A DNA stretch of 64,000 nucleotides from Nemertoderma westbladi. Taxonomy: Eukaryota; Animalia; Xenacoelomorpha. A program made the translations under genes and the position numbers. The DNA lies in assembly GCA_032718475.1 (NCBI GenBank), contig JAUCBJ010008665.1:1-64000 (forward strand). The letters are read 5' to 3'. This document shows positions 1-11,220 of the stretch, piece by piece (position 1 is the first letter of the stretch; every line of letters begins with the position of its first letter). The notes under the pieces are model-generated. The model did not search any database. It was not told the origin of the DNA and saw nothing but the letters and a program-made list of their open reading frames with translations.

Positions 1-2423
1 TATATCAGTTGATGAAACCTTTAACATCATATCGTAGAGAAACTCTATATGTGGTATGTCTTTATCGTAATGTAACTGTAAATATTTGCTTTCCTTGTCT
101 GTAATAATTACTTTTTTTTCTTGTACATTTATTTTTACTTTAAGTCGGTCAGATAAAGCTACTTTATCGTCCGTATCTAGCTCTGAAAAGACACCTTCGT
201 TACTAATTTCATAATTCCATTCATACCACAATGAATTTACTTCCAATGCTGTTAAGTTAAACCCATTATAATACCTAAGACCAATAGCATCAGAATATCT
301 AGCTGAAATCTCCCATAGTCCCATATAAGTCGCTCCTTTATATTTGCTTACAAAACCAACAAAAGATGGGTTGGTTAAATTAACAACATAACACTGATTT
401 ATTATTTCGAGTGGTGGTGATAACAATTCTAATATTTCTGTCTTACTCTGAAGCAATAAATTAATGAGTGATTTGTTTAGAATTTGACATTTGCCTTGCT
501 TCTGAATATATACGTTTTCAGTAATAACACAGGTGGAAATATTTAACTTTCCTCTTGTAAATTCTATATTAGGATAAATATTACCTCTTGAAACTGGTGA
601 TTCCTTTTGTCGGTTGAATAATATTTCTAAGACGTCTAGAAGGTAGAGTGTATCCAGGTAAGAGAAGCACGTTGTTACATTGCTATCGCATGAGAGTAAT
701 ATAAAGTACTTGCCATAAACAATACTACAGGTATATTTATTAAATGTAAATTTCCAAGTATTGCTTGAAGTTTTTTTAAATAAATCCATAATTAGAATGA
801 AAACTATTTTGAAAAATAAAAACTAAATAAATGATTATTAGATTGTAAAACTTCGGTTTATATGGTTGCTTTAATACAGCAGAGTGACTTACAGTGAGGA
901 ATATAGTAGCTTCGTGTAACAGATGCAACGTGTACAGATAAATTTATTACATTAGCGTGAGTTAGAGAGTGAAATAGCAGTAACGTGTAACAGATGCAAC
1001 GTAATCAATGCTAGCCCTGTCATTCTAACTTATATTCAACTTAGTTGATCGATCAGTTACAACGATAAAAGAAATTGATTATTATTAATAGTCAAATTAA
1101 TGTATTCTACGCTATAGTAATTATGTTAAGGAACTAGAAGCTATTTATAAACATCTGCTACCGGTGATGAAGATGAAGAATTCAATGACTATGGTATAAC
1201 TCAGATATTTATCGCCTTTTTCTCTCGAGGTTGGATGGGGGAGTGAGTGGAGGAATGTGGGGAGTTATAATGGTCCCGAGTTCGAACCCTGTTGAATATT
1301 TTGTTATCTGAAAAATTGCAAAATTAAATTTAGTTACTAGTGAAAAATAGTAGAAGTTACCTGTAGACACCTCTAGCGTCTGTAAAATAAAGGTTGGTAA
1401 ATATGAAAATACTGGTTGCTGAAAAATTGCGATTTGAAAAATAGTAGAAGTTACCTGATGCTAAGTGTAGACACTCGAACACCTGTAAAATAAAGGCTTA
1501 TGATTGGACGGATGAGTAGCGTTGGGGGACTAATAACGCCTCTAGCGGAAGATGCGGGAACTTGAGAAGTTGCCATGGTTACGGATTAAATGCTGACATC
1601 TGATTGGTTGAAATAATAACGACCACCGCTAAAGGTTGAAATAGTGGCTTCTGATTGGACAGAGTACCAGAAATGGACGGTAATGATGGGCTACGGGTGA
1701 CCATGGCCGGGTGTCATAGTATTGTATACTACTGCTCTCCTTGTATCCCTTTCTCCATAATTAGGGGTGTAGTTACATAATCATTACTACTAGAGGGAAT
1801 ACAACAGAGTTTGTAGTTAGTTGTGAGGAGACGTGAGAGTTTCGTCTGCCCTTTGGGCTTCGACAACGCTCTAACCTCCTACCCATAGCCTAAGATCTAG
1901 GGTTTCTTTAATGACACGCTGCTTCTTATCTAAAATTTTTTTGCCGAAATAAAAAACGAATTTGGGCTAAACTGGCTGTGAGTCTAAAATACTCACCTTT
2001 TGATCCCAAACTATTATCAGAAAATAAGCAGTCAAGAATTAGTAATAAATATAGGGGAGTCTATTTATTTGATGTAACTTATTGAAACAAGACCGTGTAA
2101 AATTTAATTAAAATTTTAAGAAAGGCTCGCAAGTCTTCCTCTCTTGTTTCTCTAATTTTAAGTTCCACCCGACTGTACCCTGAAATCTATTCACTGGAGA
2201 AAATTTTAAAAATTTTTCAAATCCAAATGGATTGTCTAAAATTTCGAAAATGTCTCAATATTGTGAGTTCCAAGTAGAATTCCATTTCTTATACCTACAA
2301 ATCCCGCTCCTATGTGACACATAAGGGTACTACCCTCAATGTTCACATATAAAGACAATGGAATTCTACCGCTGTCCTTACTACGGTGTACAGGTACGTG
2401 GAAATCTATTTGTAAACTCCTAA

Positions 2424-5400
2424 TTATTTACTAGTATTAGGTGGAGATTTGTAGTCTCCAGACTCGTTACGAGTCTCTTCAAGAAGTACGAGACGTTGAG
2501 TCGGTCTGTCTACTGTACGACCGTCAATTGTCCGTACCGTCACAGTTCTTGTCACTCCATCCATAGATGGATGTGTGGCTAAAATTACACCTGTTATCCA
2601 GAAGCGTCTTTTTAGATTCACTTCCGCTAACAGCACGTGATCTCCCGGCTTTAATGCGCGGGTGTTATTGTACCAGTTTGTTCTGGCAGAAATAGAGGGC
2701 AAATAATGGTTTTGCCATATTTCCCAGAATTTGTTAGCCAGTAGTTGCGTGATTTTCCACGCTTTTCTACCGTAGCTGTCGCTTTCTATTGGAATAGAAA
2801 TCGGCGTCAAAGTGGTCGGTGCCTGCATTAGCAGGTGTGCCGGTGTCAAAGCGAACTGAGATTGTTTGTCATCGGGTACTAATACTATTGGTCTAGTATT
2901 TAGTATTGCCTCGATTTCAACAAACAATGTTGTCAGTTGGTCGTCTGTTAATATGTGGTTTACTGGAATGACCTTTGCCATGGCTGTCTTTATAGATCTA
3001 ATCAATCTCTCCCAGACTCCGCCTCTCCAAGGACTATCTGGAGGGTTGAACTTCCAAACAATCTTGTGAGGTTGTAGTTCGTTCGAGATTTGATCATGAT
3101 CTAATTTCTTAAAGGCTCTAGCAATCTCATTCCGAGCACCAACAAAGTTTGTCCCTTGGTCTGAGTACAAGCATTTTACTAGTCCGCGTCTAGCGATAAA
3201 TCGCCGCAGTGCTAGTATAAACGCGTTGGTGGAAAGATCCATCACACGTTCAATATGAACTGCCCTACTGGACATACATGTGAAAATCAGTCCCCAGCGT
3301 TTTACTAGTATACGTCCACGTTTCGTATGTATGGGACCAAAGCAATCAATTCCAGTCTCTGTAAAAGGTGGTCTGAATGCTTGAAGTCGTGCTTGTGGTA
3401 GTTCACTCATTTCTTGGGTACCTATTCTAGAATGTACCTTTTTACAAATAATACACGTACGTGTCACTGAACTTAATGCTTTACTGGGTCTAATTAATAC
3501 AAATCTAGTACGTAAGTAGGAAAGACAGTGGTGTCTTCCAGCGTGTTTCAGATGTAAATGTGCGTCCAGTATCATTGCACGTTGTAGTTCGTGGTGTTGC
3601 GGTATTATTATTGGGTACCTAAAGTTTGTGTTAAAGTCAATGTTTTGAAGCCGAGATTTATGACAAATTAAGCCATTATAAATAATCGGACTCCAACTCA
3701 GTATTGGTGACGACTTGATTGGTTGACCTTGATTTATAGATGTGAATTCGCGCGCGAAATATCGCAGTTGGTAATGGCGAATTAATTTAATCTCACACCT
3801 GTCAATCTCAGCCAATGTAAGTCGACGTGTAAAGTCGCGTTTGCCTTTAACGTATTGTACAAAACGTACAATCCACGCTAATTTTCGGCAAGCGTTTGTC
3901 CAAGAATCTGTTAAGTTTACAATACGGTCGACATGAGTATTTGTGACGTCATCAGGTAAGTCAATGGAGATTTTGGAAGGTTTTGAATTACTAGAAGGGC
4001 CCACGGGTCCGCCGGTAGGTATTCCCTTGTTGACTGTTGATCCGTCCGGGTCTACAAGTAATTTGTCCTTCTTCGTCTTCTTACCTTGATCGTCAGTACT
4101 TTGTAAGTCGATCGTTAATGGTGGTTTGAACTCTATGGGGTCAGCAGGTTTCGGTAAACTTATTTTCCTGCCGACATTAATCCCAGGTCTCACCATAGGT
4201 TGCAAGTTCGGTATGTCTCTTGAGCGCAAAGTAACACCTGTATTTACATTAGCGTAGGTACTACCCACATCTGTAATACATGAGGTTTCACCGTGCTTAT
4301 GGTTGCTCAAGTGTGTCAAAATTGGTAGTTTGTCAATACAAGGCCGCTCCAATAGGGAAACTGCGGCTTTACTGTTTGTCAATACATTACTAATGTCCGG
4401 TAGAACATTTTGTGATGTTTCTGACAAAATGTCTAGTCGACTGTCTAGTAATGTGTCTGGCGATACGTCTGGTAACGTATCTGGTTGTTTGTCAATAGAA
4501 GGCCGCTCCAATAGGGAAACTGCGGCTTTACTGTTTGTCAGTGTGTTACTAGCGTCTGGTAGAATGTCTGGTTGACCGTCTGGTAACGTGTCTGGTTGAC
4601 CGTCTGGCGATATGTCTGGTGTAGAAAGGCTCGCAAGTCTTCCTCTCTTGACCTTTGAAGTTATATCTTTCCATTTCGCCTTTGGTTTTTTCTTGAGTTT
4701 TGCCGCCGTCGTCTTTTTCTTTGTCTTCCCCTTTTTTGGTTTCTTGATTTCGGCGTCCTTCGGGATAGTGTTAGATTTGTTGTCGTATAACGGAGGCCAA
4801 TCTTGTGTCGATTTCTGCAAGAATTGGGGTCCGTGTTGCCAAAATTCTTTGTTCTCCGGTTTACAGAATTCCTCAGGCATCATTCCTCGCGACGCAATAT
4901 CAGCTGGGTTTTGTGGTCCGGGACAATGTCGCCAATCCTCTTTTATTGAACGGTCTAGAATTTCTGCGCGACGGTTAGCTACGAATGTCTTGAATTCAAG
5001 CGTGTCGTTGTTTATGTAAAATAAAACCAACGTCGCGTCAGTCCAATAAAATATCTGTAAACTCGACTGTAGTTCTGTCTGTATGAGGTTCACGATGGTG
5101 GTTGACAGGGTTGCGGCTTGTAGCTCGGCTCGTGGTGTCGTCATATACTTAGTAGGCATGGTCTTAGCCTTAGAAGTAATGAGCGAAACATCGAACTCGT
5201 CTGATTCTACTTGTCTGCGCAAGTACGCTGCCACACCAAAACCGTTGTCACTGGCGTCAGAAAAACAGTGTAGTTCCAAGTTGTCAGGAAATGTACTTTG
5301 TAATGGAAAGTAAACCCTGGGTATGGAATAATCCTCTAGCGAAGATAATTCCGCCTCCCAGGTCTTCCATAAGTCCACTTGGTCTGATGAGATCGGCTCG

Positions 5401-8400
5401 TCCCATGTTAGTCCATCCTTCCATATACTGCGCATATAAATGCGGGCTTGCAGTATCACTGGACTGATGAATCCTAATGGATCGAACAATCGGCTCAACT
5501 TTGACAAGCATGATCTCTTTGTCAGTGTGTTCTCTTGACTGTCCAGTCTCACTTTCACTCGGAAGTTGTCTGTGTTTGGGTCCCAAAAGAGCCCCAACAC
5601 CTTAGTCGTCGGTAGTGGTTCGAACTCTAGGTCTATGTCACCACCTCCACGCTCAGTCGTCCCGAATGAGTCTACTAATTCGGCACTGTTTGAGGCGAAT
5701 TTGGTGAGGTTAAAACCTCCGCCCGCTAAGCAGTCCCGTAATTGATGTGCTACTGTTGTAGCACGTTCTACTGTGTCGCAACTTTGTAATCCGTCGTCTA
5801 CGTAAAAGTCACGTTCTACGATTTTAATTATCTCTGGGTCATATAGATGCTTCTGATCTCTAGCGGCCTGCTTTAGGGCATACATCGTGCAATTTGGGCT
5901 GTCTCTGGCACCGAAAACGCGAACTTGCATTTGGTAAGTCGCTGGTGGTAGACTTAAGTCTCCTTCCGGATACCAGAGGAACCGCAAACTGTCTCTGTCT
6001 CGCTCTAACGCTTTCACTTGGTGAAACATCGCTTCAACGTCGCAAGTAAAGGCTACTTGACGCTGACGGAAGCGCATAATCACCCCCATAAGATAATTAT
6101 TCATGTTTGGTCCATCCATCAACTCACTATTGAGGGACATTCCCTCAAACAGAGCCGCACAGTCGTTGACTACGCGTACTTTGTCTGGTTTGTCGGGGTG
6201 TCTCACATAGTGATGTGGCAAGTAATAGGTTTGGTCAGTCACTATCTCCGGGTTAGTCATTCGGATAGCGTATCCTTTAGTCAAATACGTCTCCATCTGA
6301 GTGTTGTACTGCAGATGGGCTTTCTCGTCCTTTAATAGACGTTGCCGTATTGAGTGTAGACGTCTCAAGGCTAGTGGATAGTTGTTTATAAGTTTAGGAC
6401 TTTGGCTACGCCATAACATCCCCACCTCATAATGTCCGTCTTTCGTCTGGCGGATAGTATCTTCCATGATCTTCAGAGATTGTTTCTCCTGTTCCGACAT
6501 ACAAGGTTCGTAGCTACCAGGTTCAGCTGTATCTTGTTCTAACCACCTGATAGTCTTCTCCGTTAATTCTTTGTCCAATGCGGCTTGTTCCATTTGATGA
6601 TTTCTCAACGCGTCATCATCGATATCGACGGGCACCGTTGAGGTTATTGGGGTAGGTAGACTCGCAAGCCTATCATCTGTCGTCGATGGAATCTCTAGCT
6701 GACTCGTCTTCTCCCCAAGTTCTAAACTCACCTGGTGGGTTAGCTGCTCCTTGTGACTTATCATACTAGTTACACGTCTGTCATGTTTTGTCGACTGTAG
6801 TGTAGTATGGTTCACGTCGTGTGAAAAGGAATGAATTGAATTTGTAGTTAATAAACTACATGTACTCTGTACATCGTCTTCCTCGTCACTTACGTCTAGT
6901 GTGCGCACAGGCGCTCGAGTATACCACCCTATCGGCGTTCTGCAGGCGTATGCGTTTCCCGCTACGACTGCCGATGGTCTGGTTTCCCACACCTGATGTA
7001 GGTTGAATTGGTCTGTCCCGATCAGCATTGCTACCGATCTATAATTGACAGGACATTCGGGTACACCAAGGTGTCTGAAATACTTACGGTCCTCTAGAGA
7101 TTGTTCCGGCACTGGACCTAATAGGTTACTAAAGTCCTTCGTGGCCGCAAAGGTTAGATCTTTAAAGGGTAACAAAGACCTCTCCCTCTCGCTGTGTTGC
7201 GATTTCGGAAGAAGAGAGTCTAAGTCCAACTTAACTCGTGTCACTGGTATTGCACGCTGTCCGTGCATACTACTTACAGTATAACTGACGCGCTTACCTT
7301 GTTTGAGATCCGTCACGACGTCAGCTATCTTTTCGTCCACGTAGCTATGAGATGAGGCTGAATCTAGAATCGCGTAGATTCTTTTGCTCCCTTTTGTGCC
7401 AGTAACCTTAATCGGAATTACACTGAATCCCTTCAGTTGGTCAGTAGTCAGAAGCGCGATCGACGGTTGTTCGTCTCCATTGGAATATTCGTCGTCGTCT
7501 TCTAACTCCTCGTCCGACGATCCGGATTGTTCTGAGAAGCAATCCTCAATATGGGTCACGAAGGTTGGAGTCGTTTTCGATTCTCGTTTTCGGTAGGCCG
7601 CATCACATCTCGCTGCTGCTTCCGGGTGTTCCCTGGCGAAGCGTTTTGTCGGCGTGTGGCTGTCTGTGTGGAGCAGACCGTCGTGGTTGCGTCCACAGGA
7701 TGGACAAGTGTCGGTATTTGGGCAATCTTTACGGACGTGTCCGTGTCGCGTACACCGCCAACAAGAGTCCAATGGCCGTATTTGCAGCCGTCGTTCTTCC
7801 GAGTTCAACTCGCGAAATTGTCGAAAACCTCGTAACTTGTGACCGATATACCGCTTGCCTAAATGCTCACAGTATTGGCAGCCGCTGAAGTCGGTACTAA
7901 GTTGTTGTCTCGTCTGTTTTGTCCCAATGGGCGCAGATACCCTACTACCGTCCGAGAATTGTCGTGATTCCGTCGGTGTGGCGTAAGTGGCCGTCTTAGT
8001 GGATGTTGTCTGGGGTTTTTGTCGGTTGGAGGATGGCAATGTGATCCCTTCTGCCACGATGTGCTGGTCGGTGTAGTTAGATCGAGTTTCTACTACCGCC
8101 TCCCTGGATATTAAAAGGTACACATCTTCTAATTTTAAGAATCCTCCCCGCTCTTCTCGCTGGTATTCGACCTTCCTCCACTCCCGACGAAGTCGATGGT
8201 GGAGTCGTCCTATTATCTTTAATAGGACTGTAGGGGTATTCCCGTAATCAAGTTGTCCAATTGATCTTAAGGTAGTGATAGCGTTCTTGATCTCGTCAGC
8301 TAGTTTTAGTAAGTCGACGGGTTTAGTGATAGCCCCTCCCTTACAGAGTTCCTCTATTACTGACCTGGCCATGCTCACTGTACCTCCGTATATCGAAGTT

Positions 8401-11006
8401 AAACGATCGTACGCTAGTTTGAAAGCGTCCGGTACACCGACGAAAGTCTCCGCCAAACGTTTAGGTTCTCCTGACAACGTTTGGAGCAGGTAATTGAACT
8501 TCTCCCGTGATGTAAAGGCGCACACGGCGATCTGGGATTCGATATAGTCTACGAAAGTATGCCAGTGTTTTGAGCTACCGGAAAACTTCGGTGGTTGTTG
8601 TACCGGCAATCCTTGTCTGGCTGCGAATTTCGCTATCTCTTCGGCAACGTTCAGAGTTTCGCGTCCTTGGTTGGTAATCTGGTTGATATCCCTTCTTGGC
8701 GCTTTTCCCTGATACGATGTGGGGTTTGAAGGTACCGGTCTTTGTGGTTCCTTCGGGTGTCTATTGTGTTCGAATTCGGAATTTCTCGAACTGTCGGTGT
8801 AACCTTCCTCCAGACGCTCTTCAATCCGGGCCAACTTGTTGACAATGTCGGCGAATTGTTGTGTACTGATTGCGTCCGTTGGTTGTAACGCCTTTTGTGT
8901 TGGTGTATTCTGTGGAGGATTGTCGATAAATGAATTATCCGAACGCTCACGTTTACATTTGTCGGCCGCTCCTGTTCTAAATACCTCGCGTTCCGGGTAA
9001 TCCGACTCGCTCGAAGTACTACTGTCACCTGGATACGGTGGTCGACGCGCTCGAGTCCGTTGCGCCGTTCGAATCCTAACATTCCGTTTCGGAACATCGT
9101 CTACTGGTTTCCGTTGTTCGGTAGGCTCGCAGGTCTTCCTCGAAGTCGTAGATTGCGATGTAAACTGATTAAACGGTCGCGTATCCACTGGTCTCCGTTG
9201 TTCGGTAGGCTCACAAGTCTTCCTCGAAGTCGTAGATTGCGATGTAAACTGAACCGGTGGTCGAGTGACAGCGTTTGAATCTAAAGGCCTTGTAGGCCTA
9301 AACGTCATTGGGTAAGCGTAGTGTGTAACGGGTTTTGGCGTCAGAGGTGGACTCACCTGTTTAGTCGTCAGTAATACAGGTTCGACTAATAAACTACTAC
9401 GATCTGTAATCGGTGGGTTACTTACCTTGACTTTCGGAATAGGCGACGACGTTGCTCTTGGCGGTGTAAACTCGTCCGGAATAACAAACCTGCGTTCCGT
9501 CGCACCATGGATAGGAGAAATGTTACTACTACCCGCAATCGAAACAGGTTCCTTAGTCGTAACTGGTGCAAACATATGAGTTACCTGTGGGAATCGTTGA
9601 CACAAGTCCTTTACTAATTGTCGTTCCCGTCCGGGTGCTCCTACGCTTCCTTCTTTCTTTCGTTCCTGAATTTGGCGATGTCTTACCTCTATCTGGTCCA
9701 AGTCATGTCCGTCTCGAGATCTCATCGATCGATCGCGGGCCTTTTGATCCAGATCTTCCTCGGCGTTCGCTAATTCTCTCGCCTTCTTCTCGAGTTCGAA
9801 ACGAAGTTTAACTTCTTTCTCGCGTTGTTCCGTTTGTTGTTGTTGCGCCTCGAGTTCCGCTTGTCGTATAGCTGACTGGGCCTTTATTTGCCGTGTCTTC
9901 ATCTCTGCTCTGGCTTCTAAAACTAACCGGTTTCTCTCTAACTCCGCCGCTGCCGCTGCCGCTTGTCGCTCTGACTCAGCCGCTGCCGCTGCTGCTGTTT
10001 GTTGCGCAATGTCCAACTCTAACTTTTCCATCTCGGCTGCTTCCAACTCGGCTTGTTCTTGCAGATGGGAGATTCTTGCTATATTTGCAACGCGTAGCTT
10101 CTCTTCCTCTACTGCTGCTTGTAGCATTAGAAGTTGAGTTTGTTCCTCCATTTCTCGTCGTTGTCGGTAGAATTCTTGCTGTTGTCGAGCAACTTCTGAC
10201 GTAACCATACTTCCCTCGCCAATCTCGCTACGAATACTCACCAACGATTGATCCAATATTCCCGGTGCCGATTCAATTTGTGCGAATGAAGTTTCCCTCG
10301 TAGCCTCCGGCACGGTTTCCCAATCTCCGACGTCCTCGCCGCACATGCGTAAGTGATCCGTCAGGTGTTTCAATTGTCCATCCAGTCGGTACAGTTCCTG
10401 TTCTTCCTCGGGTTGTAATAATTCGTCCGAAACTGACTCACCTAACAACTGGTCCGCTTGTTCCTGTTGTATCTGTCTAATCGTCGACTTAAACTGAATC
10501 AGTTTCTCTCTAGCGATCATTAGTTTCTCGAGGATTCTAAGTTGAGTATCCATGTCCTGTCTCTGTCTAGCTAGATCTTGTAGGCCAACTAGATTATCTA
10601 CGGACTTATATACTTTACTCTGTACTCTAACCTGGAGGGTGTAGAACTCGAATCGAGACATCGGAGCGGTCAACCCGTCTAATATGCGTTGGCCTTCTCC
10701 AATACTCCTGGTAATATGCGCCATGTAACCACCGACGCTTCTAACCACACTTTCTGTGCTTCCTGCTGAACTTACCATCTCCGTTTCCCTATATCTAGGT
10801 TGCGGAACAGTTAGAAAGTCCTCGGTCCTGCCGTCACCTCGTACTACGGCATCCGGTACTCCCGTTGGATGTACTGGTGACGCACACGGTGTAGGTTCGG
10901 TAGGCTCGCGAGTCTTCCCCTGTTGTTCTTCCGCTGCTGACTTATCCGCGTCACATGAGTCATAGTCGGTTTGTGTATTCTTCGTATAGTCTTGTTTGTC
11001 ACTCAT
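2424..11006 (-). CDS. BEL/Pao LTR retrotransposon gag-pol polyprotein (2860 aa, uninterrupted)
   Basis: Domains occur in BEL order: coiled coil; gag (PPKFSG..W..F); zinc knuckles (CWRCTRHGHVRKDC, CPSCGRNH); protease ILDSASSHSY; RT (YYLPHH, KVRVVND, DVEAMFHQV, FYVDD); Pao RNase H (LHCFSDAS, PRAELQAA, NPADIASRG); integrase (HLHLKH..CIIC, GIDCFGP, SDQGTNF, GGVWERL). Confidence 0.96.
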   Translation of the reverse strand: MSDKQDYTKNTQTDYDSCDADKSAAEEQQGKTREPTEPTPCASPVHPTGVPDAVVRGDGRTEDFLTVPQPRYRETEMVSSAGSTESVVRSVGGYMAHITRSIGEGQRILDGLTAPMSRFEFYTLQVRVQSKVYKSVDNLVGLQDLARQRQDMDTQLRILEKLMIAREKLIQFKSTIRQIQQEQADQLLGESVSDELLQPEEEQELYRLDGQLKHLTDHLRMCGEDVGDWETVPEATRETSFAQIESAPGILDQSLVSIRSEIGEGSMVTSEVARQQQEFYRQRREMEEQTQLLMLQAAVEEEKLRVANIARISHLQEQAELEAAEMEKLELDIAQQTAAAAAAESERQAAAAAAELERNRLVLEARAEMKTRQIKAQSAIRQAELEAQQQQTEQREKEVKLRFELEKKARELANAEEDLDQKARDRSMRSRDGHDLDQIEVRHRQIQERKKEGSVGAPGRERQLVKDLCQRFPQVTHMFAPVTTKEPVSIAGSSNISPIHGATERRFVIPDEFTPPRATSSPIPKVKVSNPPITDRSSLLVEPVLLTTKQVSPPLTPKPVTHYAYPMTFRPTRPLDSNAVTRPPVQFTSQSTTSRKTCEPTEQRRPVDTRPFNQFTSQSTTSRKTCEPTEQRKPVDDVPKRNVRIRTAQRTRARRPPYPGDSSTSSESDYPEREVFRTGAADKCKRERSDNSFIDNPPQNTPTQKALQPTDAISTQQFADIVNKLARIEERLEEGYTDSSRNSEFEHNRHPKEPQRPVPSNPTSYQGKAPRRDINQITNQGRETLNVAEEIAKFAARQGLPVQQPPKFSGSSKHWHTFVDYIESQIAVCAFTSREKFNYLLQTLSGEPKRLAETFVGVPDAFKLAYDRLTSIYGGTVSMARSVIEELCKGGAITKPVDLLKLADEIKNAITTLRSIGQLDYGNTPTVLLKIIGRLHHRLRREWRKVEYQREERGGFLKLEDVYLLISREAVVETRSNYTDQHIVAEGITLPSSNRQKPQTTSTKTATYATPTESRQFSDGSRVSAPIGTKQTRQQLSTDFSGCQYCEHLGKRYIGHKLRGFRQFRELNSEERRLQIRPLDSCWRCTRHGHVRKDCPNTDTCPSCGRNHDGLLHTDSHTPTKRFAREHPEAAARCDAAYRKRESKTTPTFVTHIEDCFSEQSGSSDEELEDDDEYSNGDEQPSIALLTTDQLKGFSVIPIKVTGTKGSKRIYAILDSASSHSYVDEKIADVVTDLKQGKRVSYTVSSMHGQRAIPVTRVKLDLDSLLPKSQHSERERSLLPFKDLTFAATKDFSNLLGPVPEQSLEDRKYFRHLGVPECPVNYRSVAMLIGTDQFNLHQVWETRPSAVVAGNAYACRTPIGWYTRAPVRTLDVSDEEDDVQSTCSLLTTNSIHSFSHDVNHTTLQSTKHDRRVTSMISHKEQLTHQVSLELGEKTSQLEIPSTTDDRLASLPTPITSTVPVDIDDDALRNHQMEQAALDKELTEKTIRWLEQDTAEPGSYEPCMSEQEKQSLKIMEDTIRQTKDGHYEVGMLWRSQSPKLINNYPLALRRLHSIRQRLLKDEKAHLQYNTQMETYLTKGYAIRMTNPEIVTDQTYYLPHHYVRHPDKPDKVRVVNDCAALFEGMSLNSELMDGPNMNNYLMGVIMRFRQRQVAFTCDVEAMFHQVKALERDRDSLRFLWYPEGDLSLPPATYQMQVRVFGARDSPNCTMYALKQAARDQKHLYDPEIIKIVERDFYVDDGLQSCDTVERATTVAHQLRDCLAGGGFNLTKFASNSAELVDSFGTTERGGGDIDLEFEPLPTTKVLGLFWDPNTDNFRVKVRLDSQENTLTKRSCLSKLSRLFDPLGFISPVILQARIYMRSIWKDGLTWDEPISSDQVDLWKTWEAELSSLEDYSIPRVYFPLQSTFPDNLELHCFSDASDNGFGVAAYLRRQVESDEFDVSLITSKAKTMPTKYMTTPRAELQAATLSTTIVNLIQTELQSSLQIFYWTDATLVLFYINNDTLEFKTFVANRRAEILDRSIKEDWRHCPGPQNPADIASRGMMPEEFCKPENKEFWQHGPQFLQKSTQDWPPLYDNKSNTIPKDAEIKKPKKGKTKKKTTAAKLKKKPKAKWKDITSKVKRGRLASLSTPDISPDGQPDTLPDGQPDILPDASNTLTNSKAAVSLLERPSIDKQPDTLPDVSPDTLLDSRLDILSETSQNVLPDISNVLTNSKAAVSLLERPCIDKLPILTHLSNHKHGETSCITDVGSTYANVNTGVTLRSRDIPNLQPMVRPGINVGRKISLPKPADPIEFKPPLTIDLQSTDDQGKKTKKDKLLVDPDGSTVNKGIPTGGPVGPSSNSKPSKISIDLPDDVTNTHVDRIVNLTDSWTNACRKLAWIVRFVQYVKGKRDFTRRLTLAEIDRCEIKLIRHYQLRYFAREFTSINQGQPIKSSPILSWSPIIYNGLICHKSRLQNIDFNTNFRYPIIIPQHHELQRAMILDAHLHLKHAGRHHCLSYLRTRFVLIRPSKALSSVTRTCIICKKVHSRIGTQEMSELPQARLQAFRPPFTETGIDCFGPIHTKRGRILVKRWGLIFTCMSSRAVHIERVMDLSTNAFILALRRFIARRGLVKCLYSDQGTNFVGARNEIARAFKKLDHDQISNELQPHKIVWKFNPPDSPWRGGVWERLIRSIKTAMAKVIPVNHILTDDQLTTLFVEIEAILNTRPIVLVPDDKQSQFALTPAHLLMQAPTTLTPISIPIESDSYGRKAWKITQLLANKFWEIWQNHYLPSISARTNWYNNTRALKPGDHVLLAEVNLKRRFWITGVILATHPSMDGVTRTVTVRTIDGRTVDRPTQRLVLLEETRNESGDYKSPPNTSK

Positions 11007-11087
11007 TTCGGTAGTTGTAAGTCAAGTAAAGTGAGTGTCAATGTATCGAATTTACCGTATTTATATCTAAACGGTACTAATTACAGT

Positions 11088-11220
11088 CATATAAAATTAG
11101 CCTACCGGCCGATTTTATAGCAGATGGATAAAATTAGCCTAAACGGCCAATTTTACAGCAAATAAATGTCACGGAATAAGTATATAATAAAATTAGCCTA
11201 GCGGCCAATTTTATAACAAA
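11088..11220. repeat. Three imperfect ~55-bp repeats (ATAAAATTAGCCTA..CGGCC.ATTTTA) in the BEL 5' leader
   Basis: Seen directly near 11091, 11128 and 11187. Confidence 0.7.
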
